IMG/VR virus record: IMGVR_UViG_3300013212_000088
Location: 32,001 to 96,000 of that record
Length of the DNA: 64,000 nt
From: a virus
Taxonomy: Duplodnaviria > Caudoviricetes
Direction: 5' to 3' (one strand)
The notes beneath the pieces are model-generated. The model saw only the letters and a list, made by a program, of their open reading frames with translations, did no database searches and was not told where the DNA came from. This document shows positions 44,302 to 53,229 of the stretch, piece after piece. A program made the position numbers and the translations under genes. Position 1 is the stretch's first letter. Each line of letters begins with the position of its first letter.

Positions 44302-46064
44302 TGCATTTCTTTCTTTGCTTTATCATGTATTTTTTTAGTCAAGAAATCAATAAGTTCTTTTCCAGATTCTACAAGGGAACTTAACAATTCAATATTTTCT
44401 GAAAAATAATCAGATTCAATGCTTTCTCTTAAATCATTAAGTTCTTTAATCTCATCACTATTTAATAATTTAGTATCAATCAATTCAAACAATTGGATTT
44501 TTAAAGATGTAAGCCAATCTCTCAACGAAGTTATTAATTTAAATCTTTCATCTTCAATTTTATTTTCTTCAGCGTCAAGTAACATTTTAGTCATTTCTTC
44601 TTCAGATAATGAACCAGATAATACCATGACCTTCTCATTATTGGTAGCTTCATCAATTGCTTTAACAGTTACGATTCCATTTGCATCAACATCAAAAACT
44701 ACTTCAATTTTTGGTGCGCCTCTTCTTACTGGTGGAATATTATCTAGCTTAAATTCACCCAAATAATGATTGTATTTTGTTTGTGGTCTTTCGCCTTGAA
44801 ACACTTTAACATCAACTGAGGTTTGATTATCTTCAGCTGTTGTAAAAACTTCTCTATATTCTGTAGGAACTTGAGTGTTACGTCTAATCATTGCATTCAT
44901 AACACCTCCTAAAGTTTCAATCCCTAAAGAAAGAGGAGTAACATCTAACAAAAATATCATCTTATCTGAATTGCCTGAAAGAACAGAAGCTTGAATTGCA
45001 GCCCCTAATGCTACAGCCTCATCTGGATTGATAGTTTTATTAGGCTTTTTACCAACCCACTCTTGTATTTTTTTAGAAACAAGTGGAATGCGAGTAGAAC
45101 CACCGACAAAAACCACTTCATCAATATCTTTAGCCTTCAAGTTAGCATCGTTAAGTGCTTGTTCAATACAGTCTTTTGTTTTGTTTAAAATTAATGTTAT
45201 TGCGTTTTCAAACTCTTCTCTTGAAACTACTACAGAAAGGTTTACTGGTTGCCTATTTCTGAAAGCAAACATTGGAATATTAACATTAGTGCTTTCTAGT
45301 TGAGATAAAGACTTCTTTGCCTTTTCTGACGCTGTTCTTAGTCTGGATTTTTGTTGATCAGACAAATCTTCTATAAGTTTTTCATTGTAATCATAATCAA
45401 ACTTTAAATTAAACTTATCTAAAATTATCTGACCAAGAATTTTATCAAAATCAGCTCCACCCAAACTAGTGTTGCCTGAAGTAGAAAGTACATGAAAATC
45501 TACTCCGTCAGACAATTTAAGTACTGTTACATCAAAAGTACCACCACCAAGATCATATACTAAAATTGTTGAGTCGTGAGTTTTATCCAGGCCATAAGCT
45601 AGAGAAGCAGCTGTAGGTTCATTAATAATTCGTAAAACATTAAGTCCAGCAAGTTCACCAGCAGCTTTCGTTGCCTTTCTTTCGTCGTTGTTAAAGTAAG
45701 CGGGAACTGTAATTACTGCATCTGTTACTTCCTGTCCTAAATAGTCTTCTGCGTCTCTTTTAAGTTTTTTGAGAATCTCAGCTGATATTTCACATGGAGT
45801 AAATTGTGAGTTATCAAAAACGTAAAGTTTATCGAATCCTGAAGACATTTTACGCTTGACTAGTCTGATTACTCTGTCTGGATTTTCTTCTTCAAAATCA
45901 ACAGCTAAATCACCAACCATGCGTGTAAGATTCTCGTCAATTGCAAAAACCGAGGGTGTGATTCGATTCCCTTCACAATTGGGAATGACTTCAGCTACAC
46001 CATTTTTTACATAAGAAACTACAGAAAATGTACTACCTAAATCTATGCCAATTGAAAGTCCCAT
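44298..46064 (-). CDS. dnaK: Hsp70 chaperone DnaK
   Basis: IGIDLGST, TPSV, VITVPAYF, RIINEPTAA, YDLGGGTFD, VGGSTRIP, NPDEAVALGA, LLDVTPLSLGIET. Confidence 0.98.
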   Translation of the reverse strand: MGLSIGIDLGSTFSVVSYVKNGVAEVIPNCEGNRITPSVFAIDENLTRMVGDLAVDFEEENPDRVIRLVKRKMSSGFDKLYVFDNSQFTPCEISAEILKKLKRDAEDYLGQEVTDAVITVPAYFNNDERKATKAAGELAGLNVLRIINEPTAASLAYGLDKTHDSTILVYDLGGGTFDVTVLKLSDGVDFHVLSTSGNTSLGGADFDKILGQIILDKFNLKFDYDYNEKLIEDLSDQQKSRLRTASEKAKKSLSQLESTNVNIPMFAFRNRQPVNLSVVVSREEFENAITLILNKTKDCIEQALNDANLKAKDIDEVVFVGGSTRIPLVSKKIQEWVGKKPNKTINPDEAVALGAAIQASVLSGNSDKMIFLLDVTPLSLGIETLGGVMNAMIRRNTQVPTEYREVFTTAEDNQTSVDVKVFQGERPQTKYNHYLGEFKLDNIPPVRRGAPKIEVVFDVDANGIVTVKAIDEATNNEKVMVLSGSLSEEEMTKMLLDAEENKIEDERFKLITSLRDWLTSLKIQLFELIDTKLLNSDEIKELNDLRESIESDYFSENIELLSSLVESGKELIDFLTKKIHDKAKKEMQ

Positions 46065-46071
46065 ACAATAA

Positions 46072-46079
46072 ATTATACA
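46072..46079 (-). promoter_or_regulatory. -10 box in leaderless geometry for dnaK
   Basis: Minus strand reads TG-TATAAT-TTATTGT-ATG; no SD. Confidence 0.55.
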
Positions 46080-46436
46080 TTATTCGGGATTTTCATCAGG
46101 TAGCACAGTTCCTCCAGGCTTATAACCCTCCATTAATGAATGCAATACATCAGACTCTTCAAGTCTTTTTTGCATATTTTTAATTTCGTTTTTAGTTATA
46201 GGCTTTTCAGAGTTGATCATTGAAGGGTCTCTGTGTAAGGAACTTTTGTACTCATGAGCCATAGAAATTAATTGGACAACAGCAAAAGTGTCCTTACATT
46301 TTACACAACGCATGACAGCATATATCTCCACTTCTGATTTAGGAAGCCAACCTAAATGTGACTCCCTAAAGAATGGATGTTTGCAAGTTCTATTAAGACA
46401 ATTTTTTGGCTTTCCAACAATGGTTTGGTGATGCAT
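46080..46436 (-). CDS. Small zinc-binding protein
   Basis: CLNRTC...CVKC. Confidence 0.6.
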   Translation of the reverse strand: MHHQTIVGKPKNCLNRTCKHPFFRESHLGWLPKSEVEIYAVMRCVKCKDTFAVVQLISMAHEYKSSLHRDPSMINSEKPITKNEIKNMQKRLEESDVLHSLMEGYKPGGTVLPDENPE

Positions 46437-46530
46437 AGTATACCTGCCTATAAGATGCTGATTCTTTTAATATTCTATTTCAATAAGAGTAATTCCTAAG
46501 GTTAAAAAGTATTACTTATGGTATATTATA

Positions 46531-46545
46531 AACAGTAGTACTGTT
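46531..46545. promoter_or_regulatory. Operator-like inverted repeat just downstream of a TATATT box
   Basis: AACAGTA-G-TACTGTT; GGTATATT at 46520-46527. Confidence 0.4.
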
Positions 46546-46608
46546 CATTGTCGAGCATTATTCTTCCAAAGATGGTTTGTTTGAAATCTATTTAAGGAGG
46601 TATTGGCA

Positions 46609-46680
46609 ATGAATATACTTAGAGACATCGAGCAACTCTTTACAACTGTATTTGAGACTCTTTTCAAATTCGAGTTATAA
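46609..46680 (+). CDS. 23-aa small protein MNILRDIEQLFTTVFETLFKFEL
   Basis: AAGGAGG SD 8 nt upstream; stop 2 nt before the next ATG; below the ORF-track length range. Confidence 0.6.
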   Translation: MNILRDIEQLFTTVFETLFKFEL

Positions 46681-46682
46681 TT

Positions 46683-47414
46683 ATGAAAAACGCTATTGTA
46701 TACTCTTGTTTTTTAACAGGCAAATGGTATTCATTAGTATCTAATCAGCTAACTAAAATCTTCTCCTCCAAAACAGTGTTGAATGGAGGAGATCTTTTTA
46801 TTTGTGCTTCTGGTACTGAAGAAGAATACAAAAAACTACTTGAAATTATTGGTGAAAATAAAGCTGTTGTTTCTTATCATCCAGACACTAAATATGGGTG
46901 CGAGGCATATGGTTTTAAGAAGATGCATGAAATAAGCAAAGAAGGTTATGACTACATTTGCTTTATGCACAGCAAGGGTGTTTCCAGATTAAAAGATCCA
47001 ATGCCAGTAATTATAACTATAAATACTTGGCGAGCTTGTATGGAATATTTTGTTTTAGATAGAGCGGATGATTGTATTTCAGCATTACAAAACTTAAACA
47101 AAAACTGCGCCGGTGTGATGTTAGATGTTTTGAATTGGTTTAACGAAGATATAAGTTTTGAAAAATCTGTCTCGCATTATCTCTGGGCAATATTTCCAGG
47201 TAATTTCTTCTGGGTTAAATGTTCGTGGTTTTCTGAACAAAAAGAGCCTACATTTGAAGAAGACAGATATGAATATGAAAGATTTTTAGGAACATGTAAT
47301 GAAATAAACCCCTACTATATCTGGATTAAAAAATACTCAGAAGTAGGGGCTCATATGTCTTATTTTGAACCAATATATGAACAAGAATACAAAGATGAAG
47401 TAAAGCTTATTTAA
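46683..47414 (+). CDS. Putative glycosyltransferase-like protein (H.KG / GNF.W family)
   Basis: YICFMHSKG, WRACMEYF, FPGNFFWV, RYEYERFLG; H(S/T)KG reminiscent of RgpF-like proteins. Confidence 0.5.
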   Translation: MKNAIVYSCFLTGKWYSLVSNQLTKIFSSKTVLNGGDLFICASGTEEEYKKLLEIIGENKAVVSYHPDTKYGCEAYGFKKMHEISKEGYDYICFMHSKGVSRLKDPMPVIITINTWRACMEYFVLDRADDCISALQNLNKNCAGVMLDVLNWFNEDISFEKSVSHYLWAIFPGNFFWVKCSWFSEQKEPTFEEDRYEYERFLGTCNEINPYYIWIKKYSEVGAHMSYFEPIYEQEYKDEVKLI

Positions 47415-49212
47415 TTGCAAACATCTTCCATGCTCTTTCATTTCTATAAACCTTTTTTCTCATTAAGCAGTGAGTTTTAAGGTTTTTTTGTTCAGGTAAA
47501 AAATCAATAATAACTGCATCGGGTTTACCATTTGCTACAGATTGTTCAATGTCTTTACCAACACATCTTAATACTCTTCCTACCTGTTGATAAGTGGTGA
47601 CAGAAGATTGATTTGAACCTGCTAAAATTAATACTGAAATCTTGGGTGCGTCAACTCCAACGTTTGCCCATTGAGTAGCGATTAAAACAATTTCATTATT
47701 TTCAACAGCATTAAGCATCCTTCGACGATAATTCTTTTCCTCGTCAGTTGGGTCATCAACACCTTTATCTCCACCAGGAACGAAAACAGAATCTTCTATC
47801 AATCCTTCCAATAAGAATCCATGTTCTCTTCTCTCTACAAGAATAATCGTGGGTCTTTTAGCTTCTTTAAATGCTTCTGCAAATTGTTTAATTCTAAAGT
47901 TTCTTTCCCAATTATTAACAATATTATTTAAATAAATATCTGCGTAAGTATCACCATCATGAACTTCAGCTACATTACAAACAAATATCTTGGGTGGTAC
48001 TAAATACCCTAGCTCAATCAAATCACTCGCACTGACATCAATAATTTTTCTGCCTAAAGTGCCTTCTATTCTGATTTCTTGATTGTCCATTCTCCACGGG
48101 GTACCAGATAGTCCTAAGCGGTAATATGCCTTAGTAGCATAAGAACCTAACTCTTGAATAACTACTGACGCTACATGTGCTTCATCAACTATAAAAGCCT
48201 GACAAGAACCAATGAGATTTCTCACTTGACTTTTTTGAAATAATACTTCTTGTCGATTATCCCAAGCAATTTGAGCTTTCTTGTATACTGCTAAATCAAC
48301 TTTAATTAATGAGTTAAGCTCTTTGTTAAATTGCTTTTCTAATGCCAAAGCAACTGCAGCATAAGTTTTTTTCTTTTTAGATTCAGATTCATTTAAAGCT
48401 ATTTCTGAAGCTTTTTTCATATCCAAAGACAGCTTGCTTAATTCTCTTCTTGCATTATTTTCTGAGATCTTCCATTTATTTAAAGCTTCATCTAATTCTT
48501 TTTGGAGCTGAACAGTTGTTTTTGGGCCATCTACATTAGGATCATCAATAACTTTATTCCCTTTTTCAATGTATTTTTTATCAAATGCATTTAATGCTGT
48601 TTGGTAAGTGACAACATTAATACCTTCTAAATTAATGTTGCATAAACCACCACCAGCAATGCCAACTTTGACAGGCTTACCATCAAATCTTAAATATCTT
48701 TCAAACTCTTTTTGTGTTTGTTTAAGAAGTTCAATTGCTGGTACTATAAAAATTACTGGGCTTACTCCAAGATTTTCAAATATCTTGCAAGAAGTCATAG
48801 TTTTACCCGCACCAGTACAAAGGGATAACATTCCTCTTTGCGTTTTACGTGCTAAAATTGCAGCATTCTCTTGATAAAATCTTAATTGTTTGCCATCAAA
48901 ATCACAAGTAACAGGGTAATTACGTTCTGGTTTTTTTCTAACATCAATTACTTCATGTTCAATTTTGAGAGAATTGAATAATTTTCTTATTCTTCCAGTT
49001 AATCCTGATGGAAAGGATTGTGTTCTTTTATTGTAAAGAGATATCTTTCCATCCCACTGTCCTTGTTTAAACTTCTGAGACCATTCAGCTGAAGGGACTT
49101 CATAAGACAATTCAGTCCTAATTGCATCATGTAAATTATTATTTACAGCAAACTCATTGTGCAAGTTGCCAACAAGCTTGCCAAATGAATTATCAACTTC
49201 TATTTTGACCAT
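47407..49212 (-). CDS. SF2 helicase (UvsW-like) with coiled-coil insertion
   Basis: LRFYQ, TGAGKT, VPAIELLKQ, TYQT, DEAH, LSGTP, GVDAP, YQQVGRVLR. Confidence 0.9.
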   Translation of the reverse strand: MVKIEVDNSFGKLVGNLHNEFAVNNNLHDAIRTELSYEVPSAEWSQKFKQGQWDGKISLYNKRTQSFPSGLTGRIRKLFNSLKIEHEVIDVRKKPERNYPVTCDFDGKQLRFYQENAAILARKTQRGMLSLCTGAGKTMTSCKIFENLGVSPVIFIVPAIELLKQTQKEFERYLRFDGKPVKVGIAGGGLCNINLEGINVVTYQTALNAFDKKYIEKGNKVIDDPNVDGPKTTVQLQKELDEALNKWKISENNARRELSKLSLDMKKASEIALNESESKKKKTYAAVALALEKQFNKELNSLIKVDLAVYKKAQIAWDNRQEVLFQKSQVRNLIGSCQAFIVDEAHVASVVIQELGSYATKAYYRLGLSGTPWRMDNQEIRIEGTLGRKIIDVSASDLIELGYLVPPKIFVCNVAEVHDGDTYADIYLNNIVNNWERNFRIKQFAEAFKEAKRPTIILVERREHGFLLEGLIEDSVFVPGGDKGVDDPTDEEKNYRRRMLNAVENNEIVLIATQWANVGVDAPKISVLILAGSNQSSVTTYQQVGRVLRCVGKDIEQSVANGKPDAVIIDFLPEQKNLKTHCLMRKKVYRNERAWKMFAIK

Positions 49213-49237
49213 AGCATAAATATTCTATCATAAAAAC

Positions 49238-49267
49238 AAAGAAACGGGAAATATTTCCCGTTTCTTT
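49238..49267 (-). terminator. Intrinsic terminator
   Basis: AAAGAAACGGGAA-ATAT-TTCCCGTTTCTTT; U-rich tail on the minus strand after 49284-49742. Confidence 0.8.
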
Positions 49268-49283
49268 TCTGCATTAGGTAATT

Positions 49284-49742
49284 TTATTCAGGATCAGTAA
49301 ATGACATAGAATTAAACTTGTTTACAGCTACCGCAATAGCTTTTGGCTTTTTGCCTATAAACATATCAAGTGTACTCATGACAAGTGTTTGAATGTTTTC
49401 AACATCTGAGTCTGACAACTCAATGCCTTGATTTACAGCAGCCAAACGAATAAACCTTACAAATTGCTCGACTCTGTCTTCGTTAGAAAACTCACCATCT
49501 TTAATTTGTTCTAGCCCTTCAATCCAAGCGTCTACAAGCATAATGCCCTTTCTGCCTAGTTTTACTGCTAATACTGACCTAATTACGATCAAGGTTTGCA
49601 ATGCGACTTTTGTATCATTTGGTGCACTTCTTGAAAGTAGAAACAAAGCGACCATTGAAATAATACAAAGCATCCCGATTACTAATAGGCCTTGCCAGTT
49701 AGTAAGTAAAGAAGTTATTTGTGAAAGTTCCATTTTTAACAA
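49284..49742 (-). CDS. Membrane protein, possibly holin-like
   Basis: One N-terminal TM helix (GLLVIGMLCIISMVALFLL) plus a cytoplasmic helical domain. Confidence 0.45.
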   Translation of the reverse strand: MLKMELSQITSLLTNWQGLLVIGMLCIISMVALFLLSRSAPNDTKVALQTLIVIRSVLAVKLGRKGIMLVDAWIEGLEQIKDGEFSNEDRVEQFVRFIRLAAVNQGIELSDSDVENIQTLVMSTLDMFIGKKPKAIAVAVNKFNSMSFTDPE

Positions 49743-49948
49743 TCCTTAGCAACTACATCATCGCCTTCATCAGACGAATCAAGGTCAAGATCAACATCAA
49801 GAGTTAGGGGAATTACAAGCTCGTCCTTAATTGGTTCTTGCTTCTTTTCATCTGCCCAAACCACTCCTTCATTAGATGCAACTACTTCGTCACCTTCAGC
49901 ATCTGTAAACTTCTCAATCTTGCCTGTGGCCCTCTTAATCATTGCCAT
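49736..49948 (-). CDS. Small acidic protein
   Basis: GAGGT SD; 70 aa, D/E-rich. Confidence 0.65.
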   Translation of the reverse strand: MAMIKRATGKIEKFTDAEGDEVVASNEGVVWADEKKQEPIKDELVIPLTLDVDLDLDSSDEGDDVVAKDC

Positions 49949-49959
49949 AATTTTTTACC

Positions 49960-50934
49960 TCAATTATTTAAAGTAGAAACATATTTAGAAAGAATATCTT
50001 CCTGTTCTGCAGTTAAACTGTTAGGATAATTATACAGAAAAGTAATAACAAACTCTCCCCTTGAAGAATCTGGTCTTGGGATACCTTCATTTTCAAACTT
50101 GAGTAAACTATCTAATCTTGTAAGCTTTTCAACCGTAACTTCTTTTTCAACGCCATTTGGAAATTTGATATTTTTCTTTGTTCCAACTAAAGCTTCAATC
50201 GGGTTTAACGAAAGCTTATAAAATATATTACCCTGGTTATCGAAATCAAAATCTGGATGCGGATTTAAATTAAACTCTACGATAGCTTTACCAGGCGGTT
50301 GGTTAGGATTTTCTTGATTACCGCCATCAGGAATTATAATTGCAGAGAAAACTTGGCCTAATTTTAAATGTAATGGTCTTTGGATAGTTTCATTTACAAG
50401 TCCATTTGCATGACATTGTCCACAAATAACATCTAATTTCCAACCCCTACCTCTACAATCATGACAAGGGCCAAGTATCTGTTCAAAAAAGAAGCCAGCA
50501 TGTTGCATTGTGTGCTTGTTCTGTCCAGATCCCATACATGTTCTACAAACCTGTTTAGCGCCAGAACCACCTTCACCCTTACAAGATTTACAAAAAACTC
50601 TTCTCTGGTACATAACATTTTTTATATCTTCTTTAAAAAGATCTTCTAATGACAAATTAACCTTAAGAGTTATAGGGCTGTTGAAAGATTGTGTTTTTAC
50701 TACGTTCCAAGAGTCGAAAGGGTTGTGATGCTGAGGAGGTTGGTCGTATCTACTTTTTGAATTGGGATCACTTAATACAGAATAAGCTTCATTAATTTGC
50801 TTAAACTTGTCCTCGGCATCTGGTTCTTTATTGACATCAGGATGAAACTTTTTGGATAGATTTCTGTAAGCTGATTTTATTTCGTCAGAAGTTGCGTTTC
50901 TACCAACTCCTAAAATTGCATAATGATCTTGCAT
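49960..50934 (-). CDS. dnaJ: DnaJ co-chaperone (J-domain, four CxxCxGxG repeats, C-terminal domain)
   Basis: DHYAILGV, HPDVN, CKSCKGEG, CRTCMGSG, CHDCRGRG, CGQCHANG, G.GIP...RG. Confidence 0.96.
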   Translation of the reverse strand: MQDHYAILGVGRNATSDEIKSAYRNLSKKFHPDVNKEPDAEDKFKQINEAYSVLSDPNSKSRYDQPPQHHNPFDSWNVVKTQSFNSPITLKVNLSLEDLFKEDIKNVMYQRRVFCKSCKGEGGSGAKQVCRTCMGSGQNKHTMQHAGFFFEQILGPCHDCRGRGWKLDVICGQCHANGLVNETIQRPLHLKLGQVFSAIIIPDGGNQENPNQPPGKAIVEFNLNPHPDFDFDNQGNIFYKLSLNPIEALVGTKKNIKFPNGVEKEVTVEKLTRLDSLLKFENEGIPRPDSSRGEFVITFLYNYPNSLTAEQEDILSKYVSTLNN

Positions 50935-50940
50935 ACTTAA

Positions 50941-50948
50941 AATATACA
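50941..50948 (-). promoter_or_regulatory. -10 box in leaderless geometry for dnaJ
   Basis: Minus strand reads TG-TATATT-TTAAGT-ATG; no SD. Confidence 0.5.
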
Positions 50949-50950
50949 GG

Positions 50951-51631
50951 TTATCTATTTATTTTATTAAGTAAATCTATGATCTTGTTAGATGGGCAAG
51001 CCGCATTCTCACCAACCCCAACATCAGCATGTTGTCCTGTTACGCCCATCACGCAACCTGCAACTGTTCCGTCAGTGAGAACTAGCATTCCGCCAGAAGA
51101 TCCCTCAAGAATATCTGCATCGAAAAACAAAATATCTTGCCATGCCAAACTTGGAGCTTGTTCACCTAATGCTTGGTGAACATTAGTAATTCTTCCAACT
51201 GTAGCAGTGTCATGAAAACCCTCTGGAGATCCTAAAACTGCAATAATATCTCCAACTTCTACTGTGTCAGAGTTGGCAAGTTTCACAGCTGGGATGGTTT
51301 TGGCAATAGGTGTAGATAAAACAATTCCAGCATCATAATTTGGATCGGATATTTGAATTACCGCTGGATATAAACTTTCACCATCAAAGGATACTTTAAT
51401 CTCATGAGGTTTTTTTGTCAATATTGGAGGCACAACATGAGAGGCAGTGACTATGTAACCTTCCCCTACATGAAAACCACTACCAGTCCAACTTTGATCT
51501 CCAGCATCTACATAAATAGTGCAAGAAGACTGAATTGCTGTTTGAATAATTTTCTTTACAGGGTCTTCAATCTTTTGCCCTAACTTCATTCTCCATGCAA
51601 GAGAATCAGCGTTGAATGAAAACAAACTCAT
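50951..51631 (-). CDS. Trypsin-like serine protease (S1, HtrA-like, no PDZ)
   Basis: GSGF, VTASHVV (His), DAGIV (Asp), GSSGG (Ser). Confidence 0.9.
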   Translation of the reverse strand: MSLFSFNADSLAWRMKLGQKIEDPVKKIIQTAIQSSCTIYVDAGDQSWTGSGFHVGEGYIVTASHVVPPILTKKPHEIKVSFDGESLYPAVIQISDPNYDAGIVLSTPIAKTIPAVKLANSDTVEVGDIIAVLGSPEGFHDTATVGRITNVHQALGEQAPSLAWQDILFFDADILEGSSGGMLVLTDGTVAGCVMGVTGQHADVGVGENAACPSNKIIDLLNKINR

Positions 51632-52089
51632 TTATTTATAACCTTGTACATGATAACAGATTTTTGAACTGCTCCGAATCTTCTTGAGTCATCTGAGTTT
51701 TCAGAATTATCTCCAAGCACATAAACATAACCCCTAGGAACAACATGCTTCATTACTAAAAAATTATGATTACCTTCATAATACTTTTCAGCCATTACTC
51801 CTATATGTTGATCAAATACTTCAACTTTTTCAGAATTAAAACTCATCAAAGAATAATAAACATCATTTTCAACAAACTTTATTCTTTTTATAATAGTTTC
51901 GTTATAATCATTCTTCAAAACAACAATATCATTTAAAGAAAAATTATTAGTTCTTACTGCCAAAAGTAATTGATTATTTTTGAGGCTAGGTAACATAGAA
52001 TTACCAATAACCACAACTACTTTAAAAGGTATAGCCCATAAAGTTAAAACTACTAACAAACAAACAATTAATTTGATATATTTTCTCAT
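51628..52089 (-). CDS. Signal peptidase I (S26)
   Basis: N-terminal TM helix, GNSMLPSL (Ser), IIKRI (Lys), VLGDNSENSDDSRRFG. Confidence 0.93.
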   Translation of the reverse strand: MRKYIKLIVCLLVVLTLWAIPFKVVVVIGNSMLPSLKNNQLLLAVRTNNFSLNDIVVLKNDYNETIIKRIKFVENDVYYSLMSFNSEKVEVFDQHIGVMAEKYYEGNHNFLVMKHVVPRGYVYVLGDNSENSDDSRRFGAVQKSVIMYKVINK

Positions 52090-52152
52090 TGCACTTCTCC
52101 TATTTGCAGAAGAAGAGCTTAAAGATTTTTGTTTTTTGCCTTTTGGCTCTTT

Positions 52153-53172
52153 TTAAATTAATTTCTCTGGTAATGGCTGTGGATCCTCAACTATTTGAGT
52201 AACGACAGACGCCTTATAATGATCTGGATTAATATTAGCAAAATTAGGAACGCCGTATCCCCATTGTTTAATATCACCAGCAGTTATAAAAGGACTATCA
52301 TCAGCTACAGTTTTTAAAGCTTGCATCATCTCAATGTAATTCTTGATTAATGGTACACCTGCAGTTTTTCTTGAGTATGATAAAAGTAAAGCGCAAATAC
52401 CAGCCATGAAAGGTGATGCTTGGCTTGTTCCTGACATTTTTGCATAACCATTGTTGAAGTGTGTTGAGTATATGTCAACACCAGGCACAGCTCCATCAAC
52501 TTCCTGACCTCTAGAAGAAAAGTGTGCCAAATTACCATTTTTGTCTAAAGCAGCTACAGCTATAACTTCATCATAATGTGCTGGATAATTAACTTTTCCA
52601 GAATCATTACCGGCAGCTGCAATAATAATGATGCCTTTAGAAACAGCTTCTTTAATTAAATTATGAATCTCTCTTGGCGGTTCTGAAGGAGCGCCTAAAG
52701 ACATGTTGATAATATCGCAATTGGCATCGATAGCAAATCTTAAACCTTTTGCAATTGCTTCATATGATCCAGAGCCATCACTATTTAAAACCTTGACTGG
52801 CAATATGTGGCAACCAGGAGCAACGCCTACAATGCCTCTGCCATTTTCTCTCGCAGCAATGATACCTGTAACGTGAATGCCGTGACCGCTTCCATTGTCA
52901 AGTCCAGTACCTTCGCTTGTAGCATCAAGCATAGTTCCCCAAACTTTCTCTAAATCGTTATGCGGTACGATGCCAGTATCTAAAACACCAATTAAAATGC
53001 CTTCACCTTTAGAATATTGCCAAAACTTTTCAATATTACAGGTCATCATTCCCCAATCTTTCTTCTCTCCATCAGAAAGAGAAGTCATAACATGGGTAAC
53101 TTTCAAATCCTCTTCTGGAATAAAGTCTAATTGATCTTTAAGGGAAACTTTTTCTCTTTCGATTGCTGCCAT
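52153..53172 (-). CDS. Subtilisin-like protease (S8), intracellular type
   Basis: VLDTG, HGIHVTG, AAAGN, SGTSQASP; no signal peptide or I9 prodomain; AAGGAG SD. Confidence 0.96.
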   Translation of the reverse strand: MAAIEREKVSLKDQLDFIPEEDLKVTHVMTSLSDGEKKDWGMMTCNIEKFWQYSKGEGILIGVLDTGIVPHNDLEKVWGTMLDATSEGTGLDNGSGHGIHVTGIIAARENGRGIVGVAPGCHILPVKVLNSDGSGSYEAIAKGLRFAIDANCDIINMSLGAPSEPPREIHNLIKEAVSKGIIIIAAAGNDSGKVNYPAHYDEVIAVAALDKNGNLAHFSSRGQEVDGAVPGVDIYSTHFNNGYAKMSGTSQASPFMAGICALLLSYSRKTAGVPLIKNYIEMMQALKTVADDSPFITAGDIKQWGYGVPNFANINPDHYKASVVTQIVEDPQPLPEKLI

Positions 53173-53229
53173 TTTCTTAATCTCCTTGAAATACTATATA
53201 TAATATTCTGAATGCAAGCAGATTAAATC

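Noticed and set aside
34484-48580. Inteins in GyrB or the helicase
   Set aside because: Insertions lack an N-terminal C/S with terminal HN and lack LAGLIDADG motifs.
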